A stretch of DNA of 26,979 nt from Actinomycetota bacterium (lineage in GTDB: Bacteria; Actinomycetota; Actinomycetes; S36-B12; UBA5976). Location of the stretch: assembly GCA_039800825.1 (NCBI GenBank), contig JBDLPZ010000104.1, positions 1 to 26,979 on the forward strand. The letters are read 5' to 3'. The translations under genes were made by a program, and so were the position numbers. Below the pieces are notes generated by a model that did not search any database, was not told the origin of the DNA, and saw nothing but the letters and a program-made list of their open reading frames with translations. This document shows, piece by piece, positions 25,698 through 26,979 of this stretch. Positions within the stretch are counted from its first letter, which is position 1; each line of letters opens with the position of its first letter.

Positions 25698-26224
25698 TGA
25701 CCACGAATCCCCTCGATCGCCTGACCCGGGTCATTCCGGATTGGCCGGTCGAGGGTGTTTCATTTCAGGACCTCACAGGCGTACTGGCGGACGGCGAAGG
25801 CCTTCGGTATGTCGCTGAAGAGTTAGCGCGACCTTTTAGGGATGCTGGCGTCACGGTGGTTGCAGGTATGGAAGCTCGTGGGTTCATCGTTGGTGTCGCT
25901 GTTGCTCGAGAACTCGGTGTTGGGTTCCTCGCTCTGCGTAAGGCAGGCAAGCTTCCTGGACCGGTTCATGCTGCTGAGTACTCACTCGAATACGGCACTG
26001 CAACCATTGAGGTCCACCCTCACGATGTTCCCGCCGATGCTCGCGTCCTGATTATTGACGATGTTTTGGCGACTGGCGGAACAGCGGCCGCTGCTGTGGA
26101 ACTGATCGACAGATGCGGAGCAGAAGTGGTCGGTCTCGGCTTCATCCTTGCGCTGGACTTCCTCGGCGGTACTAGCCGCCTTGGTGGGCAGCACGTACAC
26201 GCACTTCGTACGATTACCGCATAA
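25697..26224 (+). CDS. apt: Adenine phosphoribosyltransferase
   Basis: IPDWP, EARGF, RKAGKLPG, YSLEYG, VLIIDDVLATGGT PRPP-binding motif. Confidence 0.95.
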   Translation: MTTNPLDRLTRVIPDWPVEGVSFQDLTGVLADGEGLRYVAEELARPFRDAGVTVVAGMEARGFIVGVAVARELGVGFLALRKAGKLPGPVHAAEYSLEYGTATIEVHPHDVPADARVLIIDDVLATGGTAAAAVELIDRCGAEVVGLGFILALDFLGGTSRLGGQHVHALRTITA

Positions 26225-26240
26225 CGAGCTGGGAGGTTAG

Positions 26241-26979
26241 GTGTCGGACGAAACTACTCGCTTGCTGCCTGACGATGCGCAAGCGACGATCAGCCATTAC
26301 GAAAGCAGCCTCGAACTTTGCCAACCCGAGCTGGAACGGCTCATCGCAAACCTGCTTGAGTTCCATCCCAAGTCAGATGTCGCGTACCTGCGCAAAGCGT
26401 TTGATCGAGCGGCCTTCTTGCATCGTTATCAGTCGCGTCGAAGCGGAGATCCGTACATCACACATCCGCTCGAAGTTGCGAGCATCCTCGCCGAATTAGG
26501 CATGACCGTTCCGACACTCGCCGCAGCGTTCCTGCATGACACCGTCGAGGACACTGAGTACACCATCGAGCAGCTGACAGTCGAGTTCGGCGAAGAAGTC
26601 GCGCACCTCGTGGATGGCGTCACCAAGCTGGACAAAGTTAAGTACGGCCAAGCGAGTGCTGCTGAGACGGTTCGCAAGATGGTCGTTGCGATGGCGCGCG
26701 ATATCCGCGTCCTCGTGATCAAGCTCGCGGATCGCTTGCACAATATGCGCACTCTGGACGCGATGCCTTCGGACAAGCAAGAGAAGAAGGCACGCGAGAC
26801 TCTCGAAATCTTTGCGCCGCTCGCTCATCGCCTCGGTATGAATACCATCAAGTTTGAACTCGAAGACTTGTCATTCAAGCATCTCTATCCCAAGCGCTAC
26901 GAGGAAATCGAGCGACTCGTTGAGAACAAAGCTCCGCAGCGAGAAATGCAGTTGCAAGAAGTGGTCGAGCTCATCGAGA
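26241..26979 (+). CDS. relA: Bifunctional (p)ppGpp synthetase/hydrolase Rel, N-terminal part (runs off window; absent from the ORF track)
   Basis: GGAGG SD then GTG 26241. Translation: MSDETTRLL...[66 protein letters not shown]. Canonical position after apt. Confidence 0.96.
   Translation, partial: MSDETTRLLPDDAQATISHYESSLELCQPELERLIANLLEFHPKSDVAYLRKAFDRAAFLHRYQSRRSGDPYITHPLEVASILAELGMTVPTLAAAFLHDTVEDTEYTIEQLTVEFGEEVAHLVDGVTKLDKVKYGQASAAETVRKMVVAMARDIRVLVIKLADRLHNMRTLDAMPSDKQEKKARETLEIFAPLAHRLGMNTIKFELEDLSFKHLYPKRYEEIERLVENKAPQREMQLQEVVELIE

Overview
Gene-dense, GC-rich actinobacterial (Actinomycetota) chromosomal window, mostly conserved core synteny: end of dxs > | < rnd-DUF3000 | EamA > | < RibD_C-MsrB fusion | zapE-VOC > | structured intergenic element | < tRNA Gly-Cys-Val | pabB-like, pabC-like, PGPGW > | tRNA-Val(CAC) > secreted GH13 amylase > thrS-HIT-pgsA-patA-pimA-LemA-like-DUF3048 > pdxS-pdxT-yebC-WS/DGAT-ruvCAB > secD-secF-apt-rel (partial). 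No transposase, integrase, phage gene or CRISPR array was seen. Two observations stand out. (1) A 181-bp element (5589-5769) between the VOC gene and the tRNA terminator, built from two inverted 47-bp hairpin units that are 32/47 identical with three compensatory base-pair changes (REPIN-like or an undescribed structured RNA/ssDNA element). (2) An in-frame fusion of a diverged RibD_C/DHFR-like reductase to an intact MsrB. Departures from the usual actinobacterial order, judged from recalled synteny rather than a search, are: an inserted secreted GH13-Ig protein, an inserted WS/DGAT, yajC missing between ruvB and secD, an EamA transporter where hem genes often sit, and an 8-aa insertion in PdxS. 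All assignments come from motif recognition by eye; no database was searched.
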